Shown here piece after piece: positions 30,275 through 40,199 of a DNA stretch of 64,000 nucleotides. The stretch is from Candidatus Latescibacterota bacterium (lineage in GTDB: Bacteria > Latescibacterota > UBA2968): positions 2,720,001 to 2,784,000 of the forward strand of contig OZ244960.1 in NCBI GenBank assembly GCA_965222605.1, read 5' to 3'. Position numbers and translations under genes: made by a program. Under the pieces are notes generated by a model that was not told the origin of the DNA, searched no databases, and saw only the letters and a program-made list of their open reading frames with translations. Position 1 is the stretch's first letter; every line of letters starts with the position of its first letter.

Positions 30275-30357
30275 AGTTTCCCTTCCGATAGAGCCTATAA
30301 AAATTTGCCCGCATAGGATAGTTACGCGATCTCACATCGTCAACTCCAAAATTCGCA

Positions 30358-31377
30358 TTACCCATAAACATCATCAATCAACGCACGAATATATCCAATC
30401 GCATACGCCTTCCCGTGCAATTGCGTATGGGCGGAGTGGGCAAAGCCCGGCGTGTGATCCATCATATAAGGACCATTGAATCCATTATCGCGATAAACCT
30501 CCATCGCGCGCTTCATATCAATATCGCCTTCGTCCATAAAAGCTTCCACAAACCGCGGCAACTGGCCCTTCACATTGCGGAAATGCACCCAAACAATTTT
30601 GTTATTTGAAGCCATCTCGGCAATCGCATCATAAACACCCTCACCCAGCAACTCCGTCATACAACCCTGGCAAAATAACATCCCGTTGTGCTCGCCCGGC
30701 GCGATCTCAAAAAGCGTGCGCCTGAACTGTTCCAACGAAGAACAAATCTGTGCAATACCACCCAGAGGTTCTGGAACCGGCGGATCATCCGGATGCAGTG
30801 CCATACGCACCCCCGCTTTCTCTGCAACGGGAATCACCGCTTGCAAAAATGCCTCCATATTTGCCCACATCGTCTCTTCTGAAACAGGGGGATGGTGTTG
30901 CTCTGGACGGTTCTGGCTAAAATAGTCATAGTCAAACGTGCTATATCTCACCCCACCGCGGCCCGTATCTGAAGGCGTACGAAAATTGCCCATCGGTTTA
31001 AAATTCCAGCCCAAACACGGAATCCCCGCCTTGCCCAGCGACTCCAGCATCTGACACCAGAACCCGATCTTTTCATCCCGATCTTCCATAGCCAGTGCAA
31101 TCTCTTCCCAGCACGGCATAAAAATATTATTCAACTTCATGCCATGGGACGCCACCAACTCCCGCGCCTTCTCAAACTCCTCCGTACAATCCTTCCCCGC
31201 GCGAATCCGCTGCGCCAGCGCCGTATTCGCCACGCCCGTGCCACTGCGCTTCGCTGATTTTGCAGGCGGGCGACCACCCCGCAACTCGAGATGAATCGAA
31301 TCCACGCTAATCGCCCTGTAAAAGCTCAAAATCTCATCGCCCAAATCGTCGTAATGAACCTGATCTTGAATGTACAT
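30358..31377 (-). CDS. uxuA: Mannonate dehydratase family
   Basis: MALHPDDPP, FCQG, VHFRNV, DHTP, AYAIGY. Confidence 0.85.
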   Translation of the reverse strand: MYIQDQVHYDDLGDEILSFYRAISVDSIHLELRGGRPPAKSAKRSGTGVANTALAQRIRAGKDCTEEFEKARELVASHGMKLNNIFMPCWEEIALAMEDRDEKIGFWCQMLESLGKAGIPCLGWNFKPMGNFRTPSDTGRGGVRYSTFDYDYFSQNRPEQHHPPVSEETMWANMEAFLQAVIPVAEKAGVRMALHPDDPPVPEPLGGIAQICSSLEQFRRTLFEIAPGEHNGMLFCQGCMTELLGEGVYDAIAEMASNNKIVWVHFRNVKGQLPRFVEAFMDEGDIDMKRAMEVYRDNGFNGPYMMDHTPGFAHSAHTQLHGKAYAIGYIRALIDDVYG

Positions 31378-31389
31378 TTTTACCGCCTC

Positions 31390-32796
31390 TCACATCTCAA
31401 CCTCGGCATCAGACACCCGCCGTTGACCACCTTGCCGTTCTTCCGCATCGACAATCTCGGGAACATACCCTTCAACATCCCGAATATAGCCGAGCAACCG
31501 CGCCTTCATTCGGTCTGCAACCGGACGGTGGCTACTATAGCCAATCAAATTGCGCAACTCGTACGGATCTGCCTCCAGATCGTAGAGATACGCCTCGTCA
31601 TAACTCCTCGCCCCTTCCGCACCGGGCGGCACCGCATCGCTGTGGACCGCGTATTTCCACCGCCTTGTGCGAACAGCGCGACCAATACCACTCTCTGAAA
31701 TCTGCACAAACACATCATCCGGCCATGGATCTGCGAGCGACTTGCCCCCACCGCCCAAAATGGAAAGCGCGGAACGCCCCGACATCTGATCGGGAATCTC
31801 CAAACCAGCGCCATCCAACAACGTCGGCGGCAAATCCACCAAACTCACCAATTCGCCCAATGTACCACCCCCCGCAAACGGGCCACCCGTCAACACCGTT
31901 GGAACGCGGATAGAACTCTCGTGACACGAACGCTTGTATTCCCGATTTCGGGTGCGAAAATGACAGGCGTGATCAGAAGTGAACAACACAATCGTATCCT
32001 CTAACAGCCCCAGACTCTTCAGTGAATCGAGCAACCGCCCATAAGCCTCATCCAAACGCTTGATCATGCCCCAGTACCCACCCAAATGCTGCTGCGTGCT
32101 ACCCCCCGAGGGAACCGCGCCGGGATATTCGCCTTCGGCAGAAGGATGCGTGGGCAACGCCGCCAGATCGGGCGGTGTCCATCGCCCGGCATACATCTCG
32201 CGGTACCCATCTGGTGGCGGATAATCATCCAGATGATTCTGGTGATGGGGTTCCAAAAATGAAATAAACAGAAAAAAGGGATCACTCTGATGTTCATCCA
32301 CATACCGAATCGCCGCATCGGTCAGGGCATCTACCCGATAACCGGGCAACTTCACCTCTCGATTGTCATTGTCATAAACAACGCAATCATACGTATCAGA
32401 TGTCCCCTCCAGCGCATTTGCCGCGAGCCAGAACTGGTACCCGCCGCGCGCTTCTTCCGGTACAAAACCGCGCCCACTCGTCGCCAGATGCCACTTCCCA
32501 ATATACCCCGTGTGATAACCCGCATCATTAAAACACTGGGCAAGCGTCTTGTGATCGGGATTCAGCGCAATCCCATTGCGATACACCCCCATCTCACTCG
32601 CGTACATCCCCGTTTGCAAACACGAACGCGCCGGACCGCACACGGGCTGACATGTAAAACTATTATAAACATGTGTCCCATGCTGCGCCGCGCGATCCAA
32701 ATTGGGTGTAATACCCAATGGATTGCCATGCGCTGCCATGCAATCCCATCGCTGTTGGTCTGTGAAAAATACAATAATATTTGGCCTGCCTGCCAT
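31390..32796 (-). CDS. Formylglycine-dependent sulfatase
   Basis: PNIIVFFTDQQR, CGPARSCLQTG, GKWHL. Confidence 0.92.
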   Translation of the reverse strand: MAGRPNIIVFFTDQQRWDCMAAHGNPLGITPNLDRAAQHGTHVYNSFTCQPVCGPARSCLQTGMYASEMGVYRNGIALNPDHKTLAQCFNDAGYHTGYIGKWHLATSGRGFVPEEARGGYQFWLAANALEGTSDTYDCVVYDNDNREVKLPGYRVDALTDAAIRYVDEHQSDPFFLFISFLEPHHQNHLDDYPPPDGYREMYAGRWTPPDLAALPTHPSAEGEYPGAVPSGGSTQQHLGGYWGMIKRLDEAYGRLLDSLKSLGLLEDTIVLFTSDHACHFRTRNREYKRSCHESSIRVPTVLTGGPFAGGGTLGELVSLVDLPPTLLDGAGLEIPDQMSGRSALSILGGGGKSLADPWPDDVFVQISESGIGRAVRTRRWKYAVHSDAVPPGAEGARSYDEAYLYDLEADPYELRNLIGYSSHRPVADRMKARLLGYIRDVEGYVPEIVDAEERQGGQRRVSDAEVEM

Positions 32797-32989
32797 AATA
32801 TCTCCTTTGAATAAAAATCGGGTCAGACACCCGACGTATCGTTTATGCGGATTTCTGATCCACACAGAAAATCAAAAAATTCGGTCGCATATTATCGCTC
32901 CGTGCTTATATTCATGCCTGCTTAACATCCGTACCAATATACGACTTACGCTACGTAGCGCTACCCATTTCCCTCAACAGGAGCACGCC

Positions 32990-33865
32990 ATGCGACACTT
33001 AATCACCATTCTTTTCGGCATCATCTTTATCACCCCAACCCATGCAGAAATAAAACCCTGGGATGACGCATTCAAAAAACAATGGTACGCGGGACTCGCG
33101 GAAATCACCCGCTATGAACTCAAACAAGCGCAATATCGCGATGTTTATGATGGCGATGCCGTCCTCATCTTTGTAACTGAAGATTTTCTCTCAGACAAAC
33201 ACGTCAAACGCGAACGCGGTGACGGTCCAAGCACCTCCGTACTCAAACTCAACGCCATGCGCCAATTTACAACGGGCCTTTATCCCTACTCCATCATGAC
33301 CTCTGTATTCACACCCGTGGCACCCGATCAAACGCGCACACTCAAAGTCACCAGCACAGCCCAGGAATGGTGCGGGCACACCTTTGCCCAATTAAACCAT
33401 CGCGACAGCGGCTACAAAGCGACACTGCGATCTTATTTTCAAAGCGATGGCGACCGCGACCTCACATTGCCCAGCGCCATCCTCGAAGACGAAATCTGGA
33501 CGCGCATCCGATTGGCACCCGAACGCTTACCCGTTGGAGAAATCCAGATCATTCCGGGCATGCTATTTCAGCGCCTGACACACACCCTCCCCGATGTCCA
33601 AACCGCCAATGCGGAACTCGTCGAAAGCGACACAACCCGCATTTATACCCTCACCTACACCTCTATTGGCCGCAAACTCGCCATAACCTTTGAAAAAAAC
33701 TATCCCCACGCCATCCTCGGCTGGGAAGAATCCATACAACGCCGGGGCCGCTGGACCACGACCTCAGCGCGCAAAACGCATGCCACGATGATCGATTACT
33801 GGAGCAAAAACAAGGCCGAAGACATAGCCTATCGCGCACAATTGGGGTTAACTAATAGCCCGTAA
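32990..33865 (+). CDS. Conserved secreted hypothetical protein
   Basis: RBS and signal peptide; IFVTEDF, QEWCG, SYF motifs. Confidence 0.75.
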   Translation: MRHLITILFGIIFITPTHAEIKPWDDAFKKQWYAGLAEITRYELKQAQYRDVYDGDAVLIFVTEDFLSDKHVKRERGDGPSTSVLKLNAMRQFTTGLYPYSIMTSVFTPVAPDQTRTLKVTSTAQEWCGHTFAQLNHRDSGYKATLRSYFQSDGDRDLTLPSAILEDEIWTRIRLAPERLPVGEIQIIPGMLFQRLTHTLPDVQTANAELVESDTTRIYTLTYTSIGRKLAITFEKNYPHAILGWEESIQRRGRWTTTSARKTHATMIDYWSKNKAEDIAYRAQLGLTNSP

Positions 33866-33938
33866 GTCCCAAATGCTTCAGCTTTGGGTCGCATGGCGAA
33901 GGGCTTGTGGTTTTGGTCTTGCTTTAGCGATAAACAGC

Positions 33939-33967
33939 TTGACAAAGTATACGCATAAGTGTATATT
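33939..33967 (+). promoter_or_regulatory. tnpB sigma70 promoter, leaderless, with internal palindrome
   Basis: TTGACA-17-TATATT; ATG 6 nt after the -10 box; TATAC..GTATA inverted repeat. Confidence 0.65.
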
Positions 33968-33973
33968 TTTATT

Positions 33974-35098
33974 ATGCTTAAATCCTTCAAATACAGATTG
34001 CGCCCAACGAAAAAACAGGAGAAAACCCTGTTGGCGCACATAGAAGAATGTCGCTTGTTGTATAACCAACTTGTCTGTGCAAGAGTACAAGCATGGGAAA
34101 AAAATAAAGAAAGTTTGTCGCGCTATGAGCAACAAGCGACATTGCCAATGCTGAAACAACAGCGTAAATCTTTTTCTCTTGTCTATTCTCAAGTTCTCCA
34201 GCAAGTATGCCAGAGAGTAGATTGGGCGTTCAAAGGATTTTTCCGCCGTCTCAAAAAGAAAGCAAAGACGGGTGAGAAAGCAGGCTTTCCCAGATACAAG
34301 GGGCAGAATCGCTATGATTCTATCACCTATCCTCAGTTTTCCAATGGATGCCGATTGGACGATAAGGGCTTGCGATTGAGCAAGATAGGTTGTATCCGTG
34401 TTGTCCAGCACAGGCCACTTGAGGGTATGCCTAAGTCCTGCACAGTCACGCGCACGGCAACGGGTAAGTGGTTCGCGTCTATCTCTTGTGATATGGGCGA
34501 GCCAACGCCTTGCAAGGAAGATCGCCCGCCTGTTGGCATTGACGTGGGTCTCAATTCCTTTGCTGTCACCAGTGACGGACAGACAATAGCCAACCAGCGA
34601 TTCTTTAGAAAAGAAGAGAAAGTACTTGCCAAAGCACAGCGCAAGTGGGACGCTGTGAAAAAGAAACCCAAGACCGACGCCGTAAGAGAAAAGCGTCGTA
34701 AAGTCATTGCCAGAGTGCACGAGCGTATCCGTAATAAGCGACATAACTTTGCCCATCAAGAATCAAGAAAAATGGTCAATCGCCACAGCTTCATAGTCGC
34801 AGAGAAACTCGAAGTCCAGAAGATGCAAAAGAACAGGCGATTGTCTAAATCAATAGCAGACGTAGCGTGGTCCCTGTTTCGGCATTGTCTCGAATACAAA
34901 GCGGAAGAGGCTGGTATTGGATTCAAGGCCGTCAATCCTAAGCACACGTCACAAGACTGCTCGGCATGCGGACATAGAGAGAAAAAAGCACTTTCTGATC
35001 GTGTGCATCATTGCAAGGCGTGTGGCTATACAGCAGACAGAGACCTCAATGCTGCGATAAACATATTGACGCTGGGGCTACAACGTCAGGTGGCTTGA
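33974..35098 (+). CDS. tnpB: RNA-guided endonuclease TnpB
   Basis: HTH (FKYRLRPT); RuvC GIDVG, VAEKL, DRDLNAAINI; zinc finger CSAC/CKAC. Confidence 0.95.
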   Translation: MLKSFKYRLRPTKKQEKTLLAHIEECRLLYNQLVCARVQAWEKNKESLSRYEQQATLPMLKQQRKSFSLVYSQVLQQVCQRVDWAFKGFFRRLKKKAKTGEKAGFPRYKGQNRYDSITYPQFSNGCRLDDKGLRLSKIGCIRVVQHRPLEGMPKSCTVTRTATGKWFASISCDMGEPTPCKEDRPPVGIDVGLNSFAVTSDGQTIANQRFFRKEEKVLAKAQRKWDAVKKKPKTDAVREKRRKVIARVHERIRNKRHNFAHQESRKMVNRHSFIVAEKLEVQKMQKNRRLSKSIADVAWSLFRHCLEYKAEEAGIGFKAVNPKHTSQDCSACGHREKKALSDRVHHCKACGYTADRDLNAAINILTLGLQRQVA

Positions 35099-35162
35099 CC
35101 GCCAAGAAGCCCACTCGCAGAGAGCTTTAGCGTTGGGAGTAGTCACAATAGTTGTTAATTTC
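35030..35162 (+). ncRNA. Predicted omegaRNA scaffold plus guide (boundaries approximate)
   Basis: Inferred from TnpB biology: overlaps tnpB 3' end through the right end; guide would start at 35147. Confidence 0.55.
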
Positions 35163-35227
35163 AGGGGACTTCTCTATCTTTAACTGCCTGAAAACCCCAT
35201 TAGTTGCCAAAAAGCACAGAGGTTGAA

Positions 35228-35665
35228 ATGACCACCAAAAAAATAAAATTCATCGCCGGATTTGCCGTCATCGTCGCCAGTTTGCTCACCATGGTCGTGT
35301 ACAGCTCTGAAAAAATGTCGCTGTATTACCTCACCGTCTCCGAGTTGGAAGCGCGCGAAATCGAATTTGCCAACACCCGCTTCAAACTCGCCGGCAAAGT
35401 CATCCCCGGCACCATCATCTCCCGCGACGGCAACCGCACCGTCGAATTTGAAATCTCTGATCTCATCGGCGAAGACCCATCTGCCAACAAACGCACCATC
35501 CGCTACAGCGGTGTTGTACCCGACACCTTCCGCGAAGAAGCCGATGTCGTGCTCGAAGGCAAAATCGGACCCAACGGCATCTTCATAGCCGAAAACATGC
35601 TCGCCAAATGCCCTTCAAAATACGAAAGCCAGAGCTACGAAGAGATCAAATCGTCGTACGAATAA
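35228..35665 (+). CDS. ccmE: Heme chaperone CcmE (CxxxY variant)
   Basis: YYLTVSE, PDTFRE, LAKCPSKY. Confidence 0.9.
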   Translation: MTTKKIKFIAGFAVIVASLLTMVVYSSEKMSLYYLTVSELEAREIEFANTRFKLAGKVIPGTIISRDGNRTVEFEISDLIGEDPSANKRTIRYSGVVPDTFREEADVVLEGKIGPNGIFIAENMLAKCPSKYESQSYEEIKSSYE

Positions 35666-35680
35666 ACGAGACCCAAACAC

Positions 35681-37666
35681 ATGCTCCCACAACTCGGTAA
35701 TTTTCTTCTCTATCTCGCCCTTTTCACCTCGGCTTATGCGGTCATCGCCGCAATTCTCGCTGCCAAAACCCGGCGAATGGGCTTTATTCTGAGCACGGAA
35801 CGCGCAGTCCTCGCGGGTTTTGTACTCTGCCTCTCCGCCATGGCCATTCTCGAAGTGCTCTTCCTCACAGACCGCTTCGACATCTACTACATAGCCACCC
35901 ACTCCAGCCGCGACCTGCACACCGGCTACAAATTCACGGCTGTCTGGTCCGGCATGCAGGGATCGCTATTGCTCTGGGCACTTATCCTATCCGGATTCAT
36001 ATTTTTTGCCGTCATCAAAACCCGTGCCTTTCGCGGACCCCTCGCCTCTTATGCCACAGCCATCATGTCCTTCACGCTGGTCTTCTTTCTCGCGCTCATC
36101 TGTATCCACGAAAATCCATTTGTCATTATGCCGCGTGCCATGCCCGATGGAACGGGCATGAACCCCCTGCTCGTCCATCCCGTCATGGCCATCCATCCCC
36201 CAATGCTCTATCACGGATATGTCGGCTTTACCGTACCTTATGCCTTTGCAATGGCCGCCCTCTTATCCAGACAAATCGATGAAGAATGGATTCGCACCAC
36301 CCGCCGCTGGACCCTTCTCGCCTGGTTCTTCCTGGGCACGGGCCAGCTCCTCGGTGGCAAATGGGCCTACGTCGTACTCGGCTGGGGCGGATACTGGGGC
36401 TGGGACCCGGTCGAAAACGCCGCCCTCTTACCCTGGTTGACCGGCACGGCCTTTTTGCACTCCGTCATGATACAAGAAAAAAAGGGCATGCTCAAAGTCT
36501 GGAACATGGTACTCATCACCGCCACCTACACCCTGTGCATCTACGGCACCTTCCTCACGCGAAGCGGCGTCGTATCCTCCGTACACGCTTTTGCCCAGTC
36601 CCCCATTGGACCCTGGTTTGGCGCACTGGTCGTCCTCATCGTCATCTTCTCAAGCCTCCTTCTCGTCTCGCGCCTTGACCTGCTCAAAACCAAAACACAA
36701 TACGAATCTCCCATCTCGCGCGAAGGTGGTTTCTTACTCAACAACTTGCTCTTCCTCACCGCCACATTTGCCGTCTTCTGGGGCGTCATGTTTCCCGTGA
36801 TCTCCGAAGCCGTTACAGGCGACAAAATCACCGTAGGTCCCCCCTACTTCAACACTGTTATGGTACCCATCGGCCTGATCCTGCTCGTACTCACCGGCAT
36901 AGGTCCATTGCTCGCCTGGCGGCGCACCTCGGGCAAAAGCCTGAGAAAACACTTCACGGGATCGAGCATCCTGGGGTTAATCTGCGGCATCGTCGCCCTC
37001 GCCCTCGGTGTACGCGACATCTACGCCATTATCTCCTTCCTCTTCTGCGGCTTTGTCACAGGCACCATCATCACCGAATTTCATCGCGGCGCGCGTGCGC
37101 GAGGCAGCAGTTCTAACGAATCCTATCTCCGCGCAATCGTCAACCTCACCCGGCGGAATCGCCGCCGATACGGCGGTTATATCATCCACTTTGGCGTGGT
37201 CTTGCTCTTCATCGGATTTACCGGCAATGCATTCAACAAAGATTCTCAAGTCGAACTCAAATACATGGAATCCACCGAAATCGGTCCCTACACGCTCACG
37301 TATGAAGGCATTACCGAATCCGTCAATCCACTCACCGCGGACATCGTCGCCCAGGTCGGCGTCTATAAACACGGACAGCGATTGGGCACCATGTGGCCTC
37401 ACCAAAAAGTCTATTACAAACGGCAAGATCAACAACGCACCACAGAAGTCGCCATCCGGTCCAATTTGCGGGAAGACCTCTACGCGCTCTATCAGGGCGT
37501 TGACATGCGAGACGGCGAAGAAGTCGCCCTCTTTCACCTGTACATCAACCCCCTCGTCATGTGGGTCTGGATAGGCGCGTGGATACTTACAATCGGCACC
37601 ATCATTGTCATGTGGCCCGATAAGCGCGAAAAACAGGCATTGCAAATGCGGGAGGCGATGGCATGA
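35681..37666 (+). CDS. ccmF: Heme lyase CcmF
   Basis: HPP, WGGYWGWDPVENA, SVHAFA. Confidence 0.95.
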   Translation: MLPQLGNFLLYLALFTSAYAVIAAILAAKTRRMGFILSTERAVLAGFVLCLSAMAILEVLFLTDRFDIYYIATHSSRDLHTGYKFTAVWSGMQGSLLLWALILSGFIFFAVIKTRAFRGPLASYATAIMSFTLVFFLALICIHENPFVIMPRAMPDGTGMNPLLVHPVMAIHPPMLYHGYVGFTVPYAFAMAALLSRQIDEEWIRTTRRWTLLAWFFLGTGQLLGGKWAYVVLGWGGYWGWDPVENAALLPWLTGTAFLHSVMIQEKKGMLKVWNMVLITATYTLCIYGTFLTRSGVVSSVHAFAQSPIGPWFGALVVLIVIFSSLLLVSRLDLLKTKTQYESPISREGGFLLNNLLFLTATFAVFWGVMFPVISEAVTGDKITVGPPYFNTVMVPIGLILLVLTGIGPLLAWRRTSGKSLRKHFTGSSILGLICGIVALALGVRDIYAIISFLFCGFVTGTIITEFHRGARARGSSSNESYLRAIVNLTRRNRRRYGGYIIHFGVVLLFIGFTGNAFNKDSQVELKYMESTEIGPYTLTYEGITESVNPLTADIVAQVGVYKHGQRLGTMWPHQKVYYKRQDQQRTTEVAIRSNLREDLYALYQGVDMRDGEEVALFHLYINPLVMWVWIGAWILTIGTIIVMWPDKREKQALQMREAMA

Positions 37667-38118
37667 AGACTGCGATCCTCGTCCCAATATTCTTTCTCCT
37701 TTTCGCAATACCTGTCCGCGCCGAAGTGACCCGGGAACAGATCAAAGAAGTGGGCAAAGAACTCGCCTGTTTGTGCGGCGACTGCCCGCGCCGACCCCTC
37801 GACGAATGCGTCTGTGGATATGCACAGCAACAGCACGAACGCATCAAAAAAATGCTGGCCTCCGGTCAAACGCCGCAGGCCATTGTCGATGCTTATGTGC
37901 GCGAATCTGGCCTGGAAATCCTCTCCAAACCCCCAGCCAAAGGGTTCAACCTCACAGCATGGCTCATGCCACCCTTTGTTCTTCTCCTCGGTTTCTTCGT
38001 TGTACGCAGCGTACTTCGCGCCTGGTCAAAGACAAAAATACCCGCCACACCAACAGCACAACCCGCGGATGACCCGTACCTCGACCGCCTTGAAAGCGAT
38101 CTCAAGGAGCGCGAGTAA
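37663..38118 (+). CDS. ccmH: CcmH
   Basis: LACLCGDC; follows ccmF. Confidence 0.85.
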   Translation: MKTAILVPIFFLLFAIPVRAEVTREQIKEVGKELACLCGDCPRRPLDECVCGYAQQQHERIKKMLASGQTPQAIVDAYVRESGLEILSKPPAKGFNLTAWLMPPFVLLLGFFVVRSVLRAWSKTKIPATPTAQPADDPYLDRLESDLKERE

Positions 38119-38489
38119 TGACCATTGCCGCTTTTATCCTCATCGCAGCGGGCGTCTTGCTCTTTGTATTCACACCGCTATTCGACACCCGCGACACCAT
38201 CACCCAGATCTCCCGCAGAGAAGCGCGGCGCCGAGACCTGATCGAACAGCGCGACATGGTCTATGAAGCCATCCGCGAACTCGACTTTGACCATCGCATG
38301 GGAAAAGTCGAAGAAGACGACTATCGGCAAACCCGCGCCCGTTATACAGCACAAGCCGTAGAACTCATCAAATCCCTCGACAAAGTCTCCAGCCAGACAG
38401 ACCGTCCAGCGCCCAAACCGCAGGGGATTTCCGATCAGATAGAAAGTGAAATCGCCGCCATTCGCCGCGGGAAGGGAAAACGCGGATGA
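38118..38489 (+). CDS. CcmI-like N-terminal domain protein
   Basis: TM plus IRELDFDHRMGK.EEDDY. Confidence 0.75.
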   Translation: MTIAAFILIAAGVLLFVFTPLFDTRDTITQISRREARRRDLIEQRDMVYEAIRELDFDHRMGKVEEDDYRQTRARYTAQAVELIKSLDKVSSQTDRPAPKPQGISDQIESEIAAIRRGKGKRG

Positions 38490-38885
38490 ATACTATCCGC
38501 AGATGGACACGGATGAAAGGCGTTGAGAGTAAAAAAAATCAGCAGAGCGGCTACGCTAAATACGACACCGTGTCGTATTTGCCCCCTTTGTCCACGCGTA
38601 GATGGACTTGACCCGTTTTGGTGGATAATAGCATAAATCCCCATCCTCTATGAAAAACTGATAGCACAGGGTACTTGAGTATATCCACATAATCATTGCC
38701 CAGAGCCATAAAAACGAACACAATTAAATTGACCAGATTAAGGTATCACCCACCTTACACGACACCTGGTCACGGGGCGACAAGGTGATTTCATCCGGCG
38801 ATTCCCACCCTTGTTACCCCAATTACATCAAGTTTCGCGATTATTTATCTGTTTCGTCGTTTGAAAAATCAGAGGAATACATAGG

Positions 38886-39110
38886 CCAGCGAACAAAAGC
38901 GCAAGTTGAGCAGTTAGAACGACAAGTTTTCGAGATTTTAGAAAACGACCATCCCCAAAGCGTGCGCCATGTCTTTTATCGGCTGACCGATCCGCGATAG
39001 CCTGAACCAGTGGCAAAAACCGAAACCGGATACAAGCAGGTGCAAAGACGTGTCGCACTTATGCGCCGGGCGGGATTGATCCCTTATTCGCGGATTGTGG
39101 ACGAGATTTA
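38886..39110 (+). pseudogene. Remnant of phage/MGE-type protein N-terminus
   Basis: PQSVRHVFYRLTDPR*PEPVAKTETGYKQVQRRVALMRRAGLIPYSRIVD with an in-frame TAG at 38998. Confidence 0.55.
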
Positions 39111-39150
39111 GTAGGGGAGGGGACTATACAGGATAGTGCCGAAGTGGGGT

Positions 39151-39211
39151 ATGAGAAAAGGCTACGCCTCGAAAGACGTAGCCTTTATTGTTTGCCAGAA
39201 GTTATAGATTA
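39151..39211. repeat. 61-bp direct repeat with terminator hairpin, copy 1
   Basis: 2 mismatches versus 39838-39898; AAAGGCTACG..CGTAGCCTTT. Confidence 0.9.
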
Positions 39212-39619
39212 AGTAATAATTTCAGCTTCACGATTGAAAACCTTTCTTAGAAACTGATGTCGTTTTGCCTGATATGGAGAGATGTTATCTTTGTTTTCTC
39301 GGCTGTCCTGGAGGTCGTCATTGACAATTTCTGCTAAACAAACTAATGCGTCCTCCAAACTATCATTACTACCCGCGATTATATCTGGAGAATCCTTAAA
39401 ATACACCGCCCATGATCCATCACCAGATTTTTCAGCAACGATAGGCCATTGACCAGTAGTAGATAGTACAAATTTTGTTTGTAATTCAAAAGAGGTTACT
39501 ATAGTTTCAACAGAGGAATGCAGATTCTCATCTAAATACAAAGCCTTTCTCCACAACTGATAAGAGAATGGATAGATAGGATTTTCTTCCTGTATTGATT
39601 TCACGGTGGCTTCAGCCAT
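39209..39619 (-). CDS. Hypothetical protein with HicB-like C-terminal region
   Basis: AAGGAGG RBS; DGSWAVYFKDSPDIIAGSNDSLEDAL. Confidence 0.6.
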   Translation of the reverse strand: MAEATVKSIQEENPIYPFSYQLWRKALYLDENLHSSVETIVTSFELQTKFVLSTTGQWPIVAEKSGDGSWAVYFKDSPDIIAGSNDSLEDALVCLAEIVNDDLQDSRENKDNISPYQAKRHQFLRKVFNREAEIIT

Positions 39620-39837
39620 AACAACCTCCTTCGGTGTCTTTTTTAGGTGGCCTGCATCACCTCTAACACAGATCACCCAAAGGCTTTTCACCTGTGCGAG
39701 TATAATTTTTGATAATACGGGATTAAGGATTAAAGAGCAACTGATTTTTCAAAAATTTTTCCAAACCTCTCCACACAAGGCACAAAAACGAAGCATTATG
39801 GAATTGCGTGGATTAGGCAGAAAAATTTGGCAAGAGA

Positions 39838-39898
39838 ATGAGAAAAGGCTACGCCTCGAAAGACATAGCCTTTGTTGTTTGCCAGAAGTTATAGATTA
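39838..39898. repeat. 61-bp direct repeat, copy 2
   Basis: Copy of 39151-39211. Confidence 0.9.
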
Positions 39899-40199
39899 CG
39901 CAAGAACCACCGCGGCAGCCACCTGGTCAAGCGGTACATATCTTTCACCTGACCACCCATTCATCGCTCAAAATGTACCCTCTCGCCTTTCATCTGTGCC
40001 CATCTGCGGCCATCTGCGGATTCAAATTCAGATTGTGAACAAGTGTGTAAAACAACATATTTAAAGTATTTAGACATCTGCCAACGCAAAATATCGCTCA
40101 ATTTTTGGAGAATTACCATTTGTTGGCCTGCCATTTGCTTTATGTCTGAATGTTGCGCGTATCCCACTTACTCACCCCATCAGACGCGAGGTATTTCAC

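Larger units (their letters stand above)
33859..35146 (+). mobile_element. IS200/IS605-family tnpB-only (IS1341-like) element
   Basis: Left hairpin CCCAAA..TTTGGG; right end GAAGCCCA..TTGGGAGTAGTCAC; no tnpA. Confidence 0.85.

Noticed and set aside
33878-34759. 293-aa minus-strand ORF as a possible tnpA
   Set aside because: Antisense to tnpB; no HUH/Y1 or serine recombinase motifs
38998-39000. Pyrrolysine/readthrough at the in-frame TAG
   Set aside because: The ORF lacks a proper start and stops again about 110 bp later; a pseudogene is more likely
39151-39898. Integron attC or CRISPR interpretation of the 61-bp repeats
   Set aside because: Only two copies, no RYYYAAC/GTTRRRY boxes and no IntI
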